Below are positions 1 to 8,705 of a stretch of DNA of 64,000 nt, piece after piece. A program made the translations under genes and the position numbers. The DNA is from Acidimicrobiales bacterium (lineage in GTDB: Bacteria; Actinomycetota; Acidimicrobiia; Acidimicrobiales; Iamiaceae). The stretch is taken from contig JAUJOW010000005.1 of NCBI GenBank assembly GCA_030447445.1, positions 96,053-160,052 of the forward strand. The letters run 5' to 3'. The notes below the pieces were generated by a model. That model ran no database searches, was not told the DNA's origin, and saw only the letters and a program-made list of their open reading frames with translations. Position 1 is the stretch's first letter, and every line of letters begins with the position of its first letter.

Positions 1-327
1 TCGGCACAGCCGGCGGAGGGTGCCCGTGCGGGGCGCGGCGGAGGGGTGGGCGCGACGCACCCAGGCGACGTGCTCGGGAGCCAGGGCCACCACCAGCGTG
101 GCCGCCTCCAGCTCGCCCTCGGTGGCTTGGCGGCTGCGGTGGGGCGGCGGTTCGAGACCGAGCGACTCGAGTGCTGCCCGCGTGCGACCGCTCATGGGCT
201 GGCCCTCGACCACGAGCGTGCCCGCCGTGGCCACCGGCAGTTCGGGCAGGCGGGCCGACAGGGCGGCGCCCGCCATCACCGACCGGGCGGCGTTGCCGGT
301 GCAGAGGAAGACGACCGCCGGATCCAC
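1..327 (-). CDS. Low-molecular-weight phosphotyrosine phosphatase / ArsC-fold family protein, 3' end cut by window edge
   Basis: Not in ORF track because it runs off the edge. My minus-strand translation from GTG 327 reads VDPAVVFLCTGNAARSVMAGAALSARLPE..., with a CX5R(S) P-loop (CTGNAARS). An alternative TTG start at 342 overlaps the DUF885 stop. Confidence 0.55.
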   Translation of the reverse strand, partial: MDPAVVFLCTGNAARSVMAGAALSARLPELPVATAGTLVVEGQPMSGRTRAALESLGLEPPPHRSRQATEGELEAATLVVALAPEHVAWVRRAHPSAAPRTGTLRRLCR

Positions 328-338
328 CTCCGAGCCGG

Positions 339-2066
339 TCAACCCCCGGAGGTGCGGACCACCCAGTCCTCGACGATGCCGGCAAGGACGGGGAGGCTCA
401 CCGCCGCCCCGGACAGGACGGCGTCGTGGAAGCCGCGGATGTCGAAGCGGTCACCCAGGCGAGCCTCGGCCTCGGCTCGCAACCGGATGATCTCACGCTG
501 GCCGACCTTGTAGGAGAGGGCCTGGCCGGGGATGGCGACGTAGCGGTCGACCTCGATGGCGATCTCGTCGAGGCCCACCGGTGCGTTGGCCACCATGAAG
601 TCGATGGCCTGCTGGCGGGACCAGCCCATGGCGTGGAGGCCGGTGTCGACCACGAGTCGGCAGGCCCGCCAGGCGTCACCGGCGAGCATGCCGATGCGAT
701 CGAGGTCGGTGGCGTACAGCCCCATCTCGTCGGCCAACCGCTCGGTGTAGAGCGCCCATCCCTCGACGTAGGCGGTGTGGGACCAGGAGAACTTCCGGAA
801 GGCGGGCAGGTCGTCGAGCTCGGTGGAGATGGCGAGCTGGAGGTGGTGGCCGGGGATGGCCTCGTGGTAGGCGATCGAGGCCGTCTCGAAGCGGTTCTTG
901 GTCTCGGGCTGGTGGACGTTGACGAAGTACCCGCCGGGCCGGGACCCGTCGGCGGCAGGGGGGAAGTAGTAGGCGGCCGGTGAGCTGGGGGCGAGGAACT
1001 CGGGCACCGGTTGGATCTCGCAGTCGGCCACCGGGAGCCGACCGAACCAGCCGCCCATGGCCGCCTTGGCGGCGGTCAGGCACCGGCGGGCATCGTCCAT
1101 GATCTCCTCGCCGTTGGCGTAGCGGAGCTCGGGGTCGGTGCGCAGGCGGTGGAACACCTCGGACACGTCGCTGGTTCCGAACAGCCGGCCGCCGACCTCG
1201 GCGTACTCACGAGGCAGGCGCTCGGTGGCCTCCTCCATCCCGATGGCGTGGACGGCCTCGGGGTCGAGGTCGAGGGAGGTGTGCTGGCGGACGAGGGTGG
1301 CGTAGAGCTCGGCGCCGTCGTCCAGCCAGCACAGCCCCGGCTTGTCGTCGGGTCGGGCGGCGGGAACCAGCTCCTCGGCCAGCACCCGCCGGTAGCGCCC
1401 GAGAGCGGGCCGGATGTCGGACTCGACGATGTCGACCAGCTCTGCCCGCCAGGCGTCGGTGCCGTCCCACCCCTCGGGGCCCTCCATCGTGACGAGGGGG
1501 TCCTCGTCGAGGGGCGAGCCGAGGTAGCGGTCGAGCTGGTCGAGGGACCGCGCCACGACGAGGGCCGGCGGGGTGCGCCCGACGGCCAGCCCGGCCCGGA
1601 ACCGATCGATGGCCTGGTCGATCATGCCGGCCGTCTTTCGGTGACGTTCGACGAGGGCGGTGGCGTTCTCGGGCGCGGGCGCGTTGATCTGGGGAGCCAC
1701 GGTGAGGAGCGACGAGTGGACGCCGTCCATCTGGTCGTAGCGGAACTCGGCCATCCGGGCGTCGATGGACTCCATGTGCTCGCTCAGCTCACCGATGAGC
1801 AGCCCCCGGGTGGCCCGGTCGACGAGGGAGAGCTCGGTCTCGTCGAGGGCTTCGGCGCGGCTGCGCAGGTCGGACCAGGTGGCCCGCTGAGCGGTCTCGC
1901 CCTCGACCGAGAGGTCCTCGATGCGGTCGTCGCGGCGGCGGTCGCCGATCAGGATCCCGAGCACCGGGACGGCGTCGAGCAACGCCTCCCAGTACTCCTC
2001 GGCGATGGCGTTGACGGTGTCGTCGGGCACGGGCACCTCCGGCCGCAGGAAGGTCGAGCGCTCCAT
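339..2066 (-). CDS. DUF885 family protein (putative metallopeptidase-like)
   Basis: 575-aa ORF with ATG start. HEAIPGHHLQ (HExxPGHH) motif and overall pattern typical of DUF885. Confidence 0.85.
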   Translation of the reverse strand: MERSTFLRPEVPVPDDTVNAIAEEYWEALLDAVPVLGILIGDRRRDDRIEDLSVEGETAQRATWSDLRSRAEALDETELSLVDRATRGLLIGELSEHMESIDARMAEFRYDQMDGVHSSLLTVAPQINAPAPENATALVERHRKTAGMIDQAIDRFRAGLAVGRTPPALVVARSLDQLDRYLGSPLDEDPLVTMEGPEGWDGTDAWRAELVDIVESDIRPALGRYRRVLAEELVPAARPDDKPGLCWLDDGAELYATLVRQHTSLDLDPEAVHAIGMEEATERLPREYAEVGGRLFGTSDVSEVFHRLRTDPELRYANGEEIMDDARRCLTAAKAAMGGWFGRLPVADCEIQPVPEFLAPSSPAAYYFPPAADGSRPGGYFVNVHQPETKNRFETASIAYHEAIPGHHLQLAISTELDDLPAFRKFSWSHTAYVEGWALYTERLADEMGLYATDLDRIGMLAGDAWRACRLVVDTGLHAMGWSRQQAIDFMVANAPVGLDEIAIEVDRYVAIPGQALSYKVGQREIIRLRAEAEARLGDRFDIRGFHDAVLSGAAVSLPVLAGIVEDWVVRTSGG

Positions 2067-2104
2067 CTTGTCCCAGCCCGGCGACGACCAGCGCCGGCAA
2101 GACT

Positions 2105-2692
2105 TCAGACGGCGCGGATCCCTCGCAGCCCGGCCCAGGCCAGCTCGGCCATGCGTTGGGCGAGCTCGTCGGCGTCCGGCCGGTACCCACTGGCCTCCCA
2201 GTGGCGGCTGGCCCCCTCGGTCAACCCGACGACACCATGAGCGAGCAGCCGGCGCTGATCACCGTCGAGCCCGGGCACGTCGATGAGGCCGGCCACCACC
2301 TCGGCGATGGTCTCCTCCACCCGCCGGGCGGCGTCGGCGAACTCGCCGGTCCGCCGGTTGCCGCCACCGAAGAGCAGCGTGAACGCCGCCCGGTTGCCGT
2401 TGACGAACCGGAAGTAGCTGCGCAGACCGGCCTCCACCTGCTGGCGTGGACCCGCCGCTTCGGTGGTGGCCTTGGCGATGCCGTTGACCAGGCGGGCGCT
2501 CACGTCCTCGAGGAGCTCGTGGTAGAGCGCCTTCTTCGAGGGGAAGTGCTGGTAGAGGACGGGCTTGGTGACCCCGGCGGCCTCGGCCACCTGGTTCATC
2601 GAGGTGGTGTGGTAGCCGCGGGAGGCGAAGACCTCGAGGGCGACGTCGAGGAGCTGGCGACGTCGTTCGGGCGCGGGCAGGCGAACCGACAT
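2105..2692 (-). CDS. TetR/AcrR family transcriptional regulator
   Basis: In-frame ATG at 2692 gives MSVRLPAPERRRQLLDVALEVFASRGYHTTSMNQVAEAAGVTKPVLYQHFPSKKALY, the canonical TetR HTH. The upstream ORF extension is low-complexity. Confidence 0.85.
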   Translation of the reverse strand: MSVRLPAPERRRQLLDVALEVFASRGYHTTSMNQVAEAAGVTKPVLYQHFPSKKALYHELLEDVSARLVNGIAKATTEAAGPRQQVEAGLRSYFRFVNGNRAAFTLLFGGGNRRTGEFADAARRVEETIAEVVAGLIDVPGLDGDQRRLLAHGVVGLTEGASRHWEASGYRPDADELAQRMAELAWAGLRGIRAV

Positions 2693-2930
2693 GGGATGCG
2701 GACCGTACCTGCCGGGAGGAGCAGGCGGGGTCGACGGCGAATGGTTCTGGGTGCAGCGACCAGGCGGAGCCCCGCCGGCCACCACCCGACGACCACCAGA
2801 ACCCTTCCGCCCGTTGCCCGCCACCCGGACGGGGACCAGCCTGCTGGCCGCACGGGTGCGGCGCGTCCGACACCGAGGCGCCCTCCCTCCCCGGTCGGGT
2901 CGGCGGGGCTGGTGACGCTGGCGGCCCGGC

Positions 2931-4037
2931 TCAGCCGTCGTAGCGGATGACGGAGCGGGCGACCTCGCCCTTCTCCATGGCCGTGAACGCCTCGTTGACG
3001 TCCTCGACGCCGATCTCCCGGGAGATCAACTCCTCCAGCTTGAGCTGACCGGCCTTCCAGAGCCCGAGCAGCTTGGGCACGTCCTCGGCAACGTTGGCCG
3101 AGCCGTACCAGCACCCCTTCACCGTCTTGTTGAGGTACAGGAAGGTGAACGCGGCGTTGAGCTCGAGCATCACGTCCATCCGGGGCACGCCGACCAGCAC
3201 TGCCTCGCCGCCTGGGCGCACCATCGAGATGGCCTGCTCCATCGTCGACTTGAGCCCGATGACCTCGAAGGCCACGTCGGCCCCGCGGCCCCCGGTGAGC
3301 TCGCCGACGGCGCCGCCGGCGTCTCGCTCGCCGGCGTTCACGACGTCGGTGGCACCGAAGTCCCTGGCCATGTCGAGCTTGGCGTCGAAGCGGTCGACGG
3401 CCACGATGTGCTCGGCCCCGGCGATCTTGGCTCCCTGGATGACGTTCAGGCCCACGCCGCCGCACCCGAGCACGGCGACGGTGTCACCGGCGCGGATGTC
3501 GGCGGTGTTGAGCGCCGCTCCCACCCCGGTGAGCACCCCGCAGCCGATGAGGGCAGCCACCTCGAGGGGGACGTCCTCTGGGATCTTCACCATGGAGATG
3601 GCGGGCACGATGGCCGTGGACCCGAAGGTTCCGAGACAGGCCATCTGGTGCAGCGGCGCACCGCCCGAGGTGAGCCGGGTGGTGCCGTCGAGGAGCCCTC
3701 CCATCGCCTGCATGGCCGCCTGCTCGCAGAGGAACCCCTGTTGGCGGGTGCACGTGTAGCAAGTCCCACAGCTCGGCACGAACGACAGGACCACATGGTC
3801 ACCGGGGGCGACCGACGTGACGCCCTCACCGACCTCCTCGACCACGCCGGCTCCTTCGTGGCCGAGCACGATGGGCGTGGGCAGCGGGATGGTGCCGTTC
3901 TGCACGGACAGGTCCGAGTGGCACACCCCCGAGGCGGCGACCCGGATCTGCACCTCGCCGGGGCCGGGGCCGGCCACCTCGACGTCGTCGCGGATCTCGA
4001 GCGGCGTGTCCACGCCGGTGAGCACTGCGGCCTTCAT
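2931..4037 (-). CDS. Zn-dependent alcohol dehydrogenase (class III / mycothiol-dependent formaldehyde dehydrogenase-like)
   Basis: 368 aa. Contains GVCHSDL, GHEGAG, the structural-Zn Cys cluster CGTCYTCTRQQGFLC and a Rossmann GCGGVG. Confidence 0.9.
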   Translation of the reverse strand: MKAAVLTGVDTPLEIRDDVEVAGPGPGEVQIRVAASGVCHSDLSVQNGTIPLPTPIVLGHEGAGVVEEVGEGVTSVAPGDHVVLSFVPSCGTCYTCTRQQGFLCEQAAMQAMGGLLDGTTRLTSGGAPLHQMACLGTFGSTAIVPAISMVKIPEDVPLEVAALIGCGVLTGVGAALNTADIRAGDTVAVLGCGGVGLNVIQGAKIAGAEHIVAVDRFDAKLDMARDFGATDVVNAGERDAGGAVGELTGGRGADVAFEVIGLKSTMEQAISMVRPGGEAVLVGVPRMDVMLELNAAFTFLYLNKTVKGCWYGSANVAEDVPKLLGLWKAGQLKLEELISREIGVEDVNEAFTAMEKGEVARSVIRYDG

Positions 4038-4176
4038 ACGGGACCCCCGAAGTGGATGGCGATGACGTCGGGGACTGTAACCCTGACCGCCCGGTCAAGC
4101 TACGGTGCGCCAGGACGCCCGGGTCCGGCCCGGGCACCTGATCGTGGCTCGGGCCGACGGCCCGGAGGGGAGCGTC

Positions 4177-5136
4177 ATGCCCGTCCACCCGCAGCTCCAG
4201 GCCCTGCTCGACGGTCTCGCCGCCCTCGACCCCCCGCCGATGGCAGAGCAGTCGCCCGAGGCCGTGCGGGCCGCCTACGACCAGCTCGCCAGCGCCGACG
4301 CCGGCCGTCCCGAGGTGGCGGCGGTGGAGGACCGCACGATCCCGGTCCTCGGTGGCGACCTCGCGATGCGGGTGTACACGCCCGAGGCCGCCGCCGACGC
4401 CCCATCGGGCACCACCCGCTTCGGGGCACTGGTGTGGTTCCACGGCGGCGGTTGGGTCATCGGGAACCTCGAGACCGCCGACGCCACCTGCCGGAAGCTG
4501 TGCCGGGGGGCGGGGGTGGTCGTGGTCTCGGTCGACTACCGGCTCGCGCCCGAGCACCCGTACCCGGCCGGCCTCGAGGACGCCTGGGCCGGCCTGGAAT
4601 GGGTGGCCGCCAACGCCGCCGTGCTCGGCGTCGACGGCGAGCGCCTGGCCGTCGGCGGCGACAGCGCCGGTGGCAACCTGGCCGCCGTCGTCGCCCTGCG
4701 GGCCCGCGACCTGGGCGCCCTGGCCCTGCGCCACCAGCTGCTCGTGTACCCGGCCACCGACCTGCGCATGGGGCACCCCTCCATCGCCGAGAACGGCGAG
4801 GGCTACTTCCTCACCCGGGAGGCGATGCACTGGTTCGCCGGCCACTACCTCGGGCCCGACCGAGCCCTCGGCGATCCCGCTGACCCGGCCGTCTCGCCCC
4901 TCCTCGCCGACGACCTCTCGGGCGTCGCCCCCGCTCACGTCATCACCGCCGAGTACGACCCGCTCCGAGACGAGGGCGACGCCTACGCCGCCCGCCTGGC
5001 CGACGCCGGCGTGGCCGTGGCCCACGATCCCAGCCCCGGCATGATCCACGGCTTCTTCGGCATGGGGGCGATCGCCCCGGTCGCCGACGAAGCGGTGAGC
5101 CGGGCCGCCGAGCGCCTTCGGGAGGCGCTGGCCTAG
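4177..5136 (+). CDS. Alpha/beta hydrolase, HSL-type (family IV) esterase/lipase
   Basis: ATG 4177 is preceded by GGAGGGG. HGGGW oxyanion motif, GDSAGGN nucleophile elbow, and C-terminal DPLRDEG...HGF. Confidence 0.85.
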   Translation: MPVHPQLQALLDGLAALDPPPMAEQSPEAVRAAYDQLASADAGRPEVAAVEDRTIPVLGGDLAMRVYTPEAAADAPSGTTRFGALVWFHGGGWVIGNLETADATCRKLCRGAGVVVVSVDYRLAPEHPYPAGLEDAWAGLEWVAANAAVLGVDGERLAVGGDSAGGNLAAVVALRARDLGALALRHQLLVYPATDLRMGHPSIAENGEGYFLTREAMHWFAGHYLGPDRALGDPADPAVSPLLADDLSGVAPAHVITAEYDPLRDEGDAYAARLADAGVAVAHDPSPGMIHGFFGMGAIAPVADEAVSRAAERLREALA

Positions 5137-6245
5137 GCCGCCTCAGAACCCCGTGCCGTTCTCGGGACATGGGCACGGTCATCGCCGTCCCTATGTCCCG
5201 AGAACCGGCGGTGGGGGCTGGTTGAGGCGCTAGGACGAGGTGCCGGGCTGGAACGTCCCCAGTCCTGCCAGGGGCGGAAGCCCATGGCCACGTTCAGGCT
5301 GAGCATGGCGTCGTTGCTCTCGGCGTTCCACGTGCTGACGGCGCGGACCTCGGGGTGGGCGTCGAGCAGGCGGAGGAGGTTCACGGCCTTCAGCCAGCGG
5401 CCGAGGCCGCGACGGCGGTGGGCGGGGTCGACGCCGGTGTCGTCCTGTTCGGCCCGGGCCGGGCGGTGCTGGTGGTACCAGAGCTCGGTGAAGGCGACCA
5501 GCTCACCGGTGGGGTCGTGGCGGGCACAGGCCGTCCACGGCTCGATCCCTCGGGCCGGGAAGGTGGCCTGGACGGCCCGCACCCGCTCGGGGGTGATCAC
5601 CATGTCCTCGAACTCGATGTCGTCGAGCGGGGCGGTGTTCATCACCTCGCTCACCCGGGCGTAGCCGTCGAGGTGTTCCTCGGGGCACGGGCCGGACCAC
5701 GTCACGAGGGAGTAGTCGCCGGCCCGCTCGGCAGCCCGGTCGATCCAGCCGGTGAGGAGGTCGCGGTCCACATCGGAGGTCAACAGGCGGCTCCGCCGTT
5801 CGCGCTGGCGGAAGGTGAAGCCATGGGCAGCCAGGAACCTGGGGCCGGGGCCGTCGAGGAGGGCGGCGGCGGTGGGAAGGGTGCGACCGTCGGCGGCGGC
5901 AGCGGCGAGCACCTCTCGCAGCAGCGCCGAGCCCACGCGGCGGCGCCGGGCTTCGGGGGCCACGTCGATCTCGAGCTCGGCGAAGTTGCGGTTGTCGGGC
6001 AGGTCGGCCAGCTCCAGGCTGGCGACACCGACGGGTCCACCGTCGTCCACGAAGGCCAGCCAGTGGGGCCAGCGCAGGAAGGCCGGCGGGTGGCGGAGAT
6101 CGGCCACGTAGGCGGCGAGGGTGGGCGGCTCGTCTTCGGGGGCGTCGAAGGAGCGGGCGGCGGCCACGACGGCATGGGCGGCGGCGAGCAGGTCGTCGGG
6201 GGCCGTGCGGGGCTCGAGGGGTTCGATGCGGATGGCGTCGCCCAT
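5133..6245 (-). CDS. Tandem GNAT-domain N-acetyltransferase
   Basis: 370 aa with two acetyl-CoA binding-like motifs (RRRRVGSALLREV and HRRRGLGRWLKAV). The last ~45 aa are low-complexity and run through inverted repeats to a shared CTAG stop. Confidence 0.7.
   Translation of the reverse strand: MGDAIRIEPLEPRTAPDDLLAAAHAVVAAARSFDAPEDEPPTLAAYVADLRHPPAFLRWPHWLAFVDDGGPVGVASLELADLPDNRNFAELEIDVAPEARRRRVGSALLREVLAAAAADGRTLPTAAALLDGPGPRFLAAHGFTFRQRERRSRLLTSDVDRDLLTGWIDRAAERAGDYSLVTWSGPCPEEHLDGYARVSEVMNTAPLDDIEFEDMVITPERVRAVQATFPARGIEPWTACARHDPTGELVAFTELWYHQHRPARAEQDDTGVDPAHRRRGLGRWLKAVNLLRLLDAHPEVRAVSTWNAESNDAMLSLNVAMGFRPWQDWGRSSPAPRPSASTSPHRRFSGHRDGDDRAHVPRTARGSEAA
5151..5205. terminator. Overlapping inverted repeats at the convergent esterase/GNAT junction (candidate bidirectional terminator)
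   Basis: CCGTGCC (5151-5157) pairs with GGCACGG (5172-5178). GTTCTCGGGACAT (5158-5170) pairs with ATGTCCCGAGAAC (5193-5205). Confidence 0.35.
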
Positions 6246-6273
6246 CCCGCCAGTGTCGTCCGCCGGTGCCGGT

Positions 6274-6540
6274 TCAGCCCCAGGAGTTCTCGCGGTCGGC
6301 CCGGTCGGCCGCCTTCACGCCGTAGCCGAACACGATGGCCGGGGCCAGGACGAGGGATCCGGCGACGATGGCAGCCACGACCACGGTCACCACCCAGCCC
6401 TCGAAGCCGGTCACGAACCCGGCCACGAAGGCCACGCAGGCCACCCCGAACAACGCCCAGCCCACCCGCTGGCCGAGCGCCACCCACCGGGCGATGCGGG
6501 TCCGCCGGGTGAGCACCGGGTCGGCGGCGGGCTCGGTCAC
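6274..6540 (-). CDS. Small hypothetical membrane protein (two predicted TM helices)
   Basis: GTG 6540 overlaps the GT4 stop (GTGA). Sequence VTEPAADPVLTRRTRIARWVALGQRVGWALFGVACVAFVAGFVTGFEGWVVTVVVAAIVAGSLVLAPAIVFGY...; the rest of the 318-aa ORF is an antisense shadow. Confidence 0.45.
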   Translation of the reverse strand: MTEPAADPVLTRRTRIARWVALGQRVGWALFGVACVAFVAGFVTGFEGWVVTVVVAAIVAGSLVLAPAIVFGYGVKAADRADRENSWG

Positions 6541-7574
6541 GGCAACCAGCCTGCCGCACCCAACAGCGCCCCCAGCCGCTCGACCAGGCGGGCCTGGCAG
6601 AAGTGTTGCCGCACCAGCGCGTAGTTGGCTTCCAGCAGGGCAGGGTCCGGGTGGTCGAGGAAGCGAGCCAGGGGGGCAGGGTCGTCGGTCGGGAACCAGG
6701 CGAAGCCGAGCGCCCGCAGCTCCTCGGCCACGGGGTACGGGCCCACCGCCACCGGCCGGCGGTGGAGGGCGGCCTCGAGCGGCGGGTTGCCGAACCCCTC
6801 CCAGGTGCTCGGGAACACCACGGCGTCGGCGGCGGCGTAGGCGTCGGCCACCGAGCCCGGGGGCGGGGCGTGGATCACCCGGGTCCTGGCGCCGGCCAGC
6901 ACCCGGGCCAGCTCGTCGGCGTAGCCGTCCTCGGCCGGGCCCAGCAGCCAGTAGGTGGCGCCGAGCGCCTCGGCCAGGCGCACCGCCGCCGGCACGTCCT
7001 TGCGGGGTATGGCCCGGACCGGGTGCACGACCAGTCGTTCGCCGGCACCGGCGCCGATCGCCGCCCGTGCTGCCCTTCCGTCGCCGGGGCCCCCGCCAGC
7101 CGCCTCGAAGGCGTTGTGGATCGTCACCGCGGCGATGCCGCGGGCGGCCAGTTGGCGGCGGGTGAGGTCGTTGTTGGCGACGTGGCGCCAGACCGGGTCG
7201 GTGGGCGGGAGCTCGGTCACGTAAGCCCACCGCGCCCGCTGCCAGGGGGGATCGTGGTGGTGAAGCACGGCCGGCCGTGCCCGTAGCGTGGCCGCCACCA
7301 GTCGGGCGGCCGGGAGGTTCAGCGGGATCGTGCAGAGGTTCTCCACCACCACCAGGTCGGCGTCGGCCAGCGCCGCCGCCGCCTCACCGGCTGCCGGTGG
7401 CTCGACGGCGCCGGCAGCGAGGCCGGGCAGGCGGTGGTCCACGGGACCCTCGCCGGCCACCGTGACCGTGGCGAAGCCGAGGGTGGCGAGGGCTCGCTGC
7501 CACGAGGCCGCCACCACCGAGACGCCGTCGCTCCCGGCCAGGCGGAACGACACCAGGGCTGCGGTCGCCGTCAC
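6537..7574 (-). CDS. Glycosyltransferase family 4 (GT-B, group 1)
   Basis: 345 aa with GTG start. GT1/GT4-like C-terminal half (VFPSTWEGFGNPPLEAAL with the EX7E-type region). Confidence 0.7.
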   Translation of the reverse strand: MTATAALVSFRLAGSDGVSVVAASWQRALATLGFATVTVAGEGPVDHRLPGLAAGAVEPPAAGEAAAALADADLVVVENLCTIPLNLPAARLVAATLRARPAVLHHHDPPWQRARWAYVTELPPTDPVWRHVANNDLTRRQLAARGIAAVTIHNAFEAAGGGPGDGRAARAAIGAGAGERLVVHPVRAIPRKDVPAAVRLAEALGATYWLLGPAEDGYADELARVLAGARTRVIHAPPPGSVADAYAAADAVVFPSTWEGFGNPPLEAALHRRPVAVGPYPVAEELRALGFAWFPTDDPAPLARFLDHPDPALLEANYALVRQHFCQARLVERLGALLGAAGWLP

Positions 7575-7576
7575 CG

Positions 7577-8680
7577 GTGGATGATCATGGCAGGGGCGAG
7601 CCCCTGACCGATCAGGTGCGGGCCATGATGCACGCCCACTGGCGCCCCGAGGGCTACACCGTCCCCAACGCCACCGTCTACCCGTGGCAGTGGTTGTGGG
7701 ACTCGTGCTTCCACGCCGTGGTGTGGGCGGCGCTGGGCGAGCCCGCCCGGGCCTTGACCGAGCTGCGGTCGGCGCTGGCCGACCAGGACGAGCTGGGCTT
7801 CGTGCCCCACGTCCGCTATCCGGTACCCGGCTCCCGGCCGCACGCCTCCTTCTGGGGGCGGGAGGCCAGCTCGTCGATCACCCAACCGCCGATGTACGGC
7901 CACGCTCTCGCCGAGCTGGCCCGGCGTGGGGTCGACGTACCCGACGACGTGGTGGACCGGGCCGTGGCCGGCGTCCGCTTCCTGCTCGAGCATCGCGCTC
8001 GGGACGACGACGGCCTCGTCACCGTGGTCCACCCCTGGGAGACGGGATGCGACGACAGCCCCCGGTTCGATCACTGGTGCGGCGCCGATGGGTGGGATCG
8101 TCGGCGCTGGTACGAGGTGAAGGGCGACCTGCTCGCCACCGTGGAGCGGTCGCCCTGCGGGTCGCCGGTGGCCAACCCCGCCTTCCCCGTCGCCCCGGCG
8201 GGGTTCAACGCCCTCCTGGCGTTCAACGCCGCCGAGCTCGGCCTCCGGCACGAGGCCGACGAGCTGGCCACTGCGCTCGGCCGGCGCTGGGAGCCGAACT
8301 TGCTCACGTGGGCCGATGGGGACCACGCCTCCGGCTGCGTCCGCACCGTCGACGCCCTGTTGCCGGCGCTCGTGTCGCCCCGGCGCCGAGCCGAGGCCCT
8401 GGGCCAGTTCGACGACGACGCTGCCTTCGGAGGGCGGTTCGGGCCGCCCGCCGTGCACCGGGCCGAGCCGAGCTTCGATCCCCGCTCCTACTGGCGGGGA
8501 CCGGTGTGGCCCCAGCTCACCTACCTCCTCGCCCTGGCCGGCGCCCCCGTCGGCGACCGGCTGGTGGCCGGGGCCGTGGCGTCGGGGCTGGCCGAGTACT
8601 GGCACCCCGACAGCGGCGAGGGGCTCGGGGCCGTGCCCCAGTCCTGGGCCGGCCTGGCCGTGGTCGTGGACGGCGCCTGA
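7577..8680 (+). CDS. (alpha/alpha)6 glycoside hydrolase, GH63-like / MGH1-like (glucosyl- or mannosylglycerate hydrolase type)
   Basis: YPWQWLWDSCFHAVVW and WETGCDDSPRFD motifs are typical of this fold. Start is uncertain: GTG 7577 lies only 2 bp from the divergent GT4 start, and ATG 7625 is the alternative. Confidence 0.6.
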   Translation: MDDHGRGEPLTDQVRAMMHAHWRPEGYTVPNATVYPWQWLWDSCFHAVVWAALGEPARALTELRSALADQDELGFVPHVRYPVPGSRPHASFWGREASSSITQPPMYGHALAELARRGVDVPDDVVDRAVAGVRFLLEHRARDDDGLVTVVHPWETGCDDSPRFDHWCGADGWDRRRWYEVKGDLLATVERSPCGSPVANPAFPVAPAGFNALLAFNAAELGLRHEADELATALGRRWEPNLLTWADGDHASGCVRTVDALLPALVSPRRRAEALGQFDDDAAFGGRFGPPAVHRAEPSFDPRSYWRGPVWPQLTYLLALAGAPVGDRLVAGAVASGLAEYWHPDSGEGLGAVPQSWAGLAVVVDGA

Positions 8681-8705
8681 GCTCGTGTGGCCTAGGGTCG
8701 GACCC

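Noticed and set aside
5133-5136. Convergent gene pairs sharing a 4-bp CTAG as the stop for both strands (also at 57688-57691)
   Set aside because: This follows trivially from CTAG being a palindromic stop codon in a stop-poor high-GC genome. It is noted only because it implies that the C-terminal tails of the GNAT and GT2 ORFs may be read-through extensions.
5151-5205. H-type pseudoknot interpretation of the interleaved 7-bp and 13-bp inverted repeats
   Set aside because: The connecting loops would be 0-1 nt, which is sterically implausible. Alternative hairpins or a DNA-level repeat are more likely.
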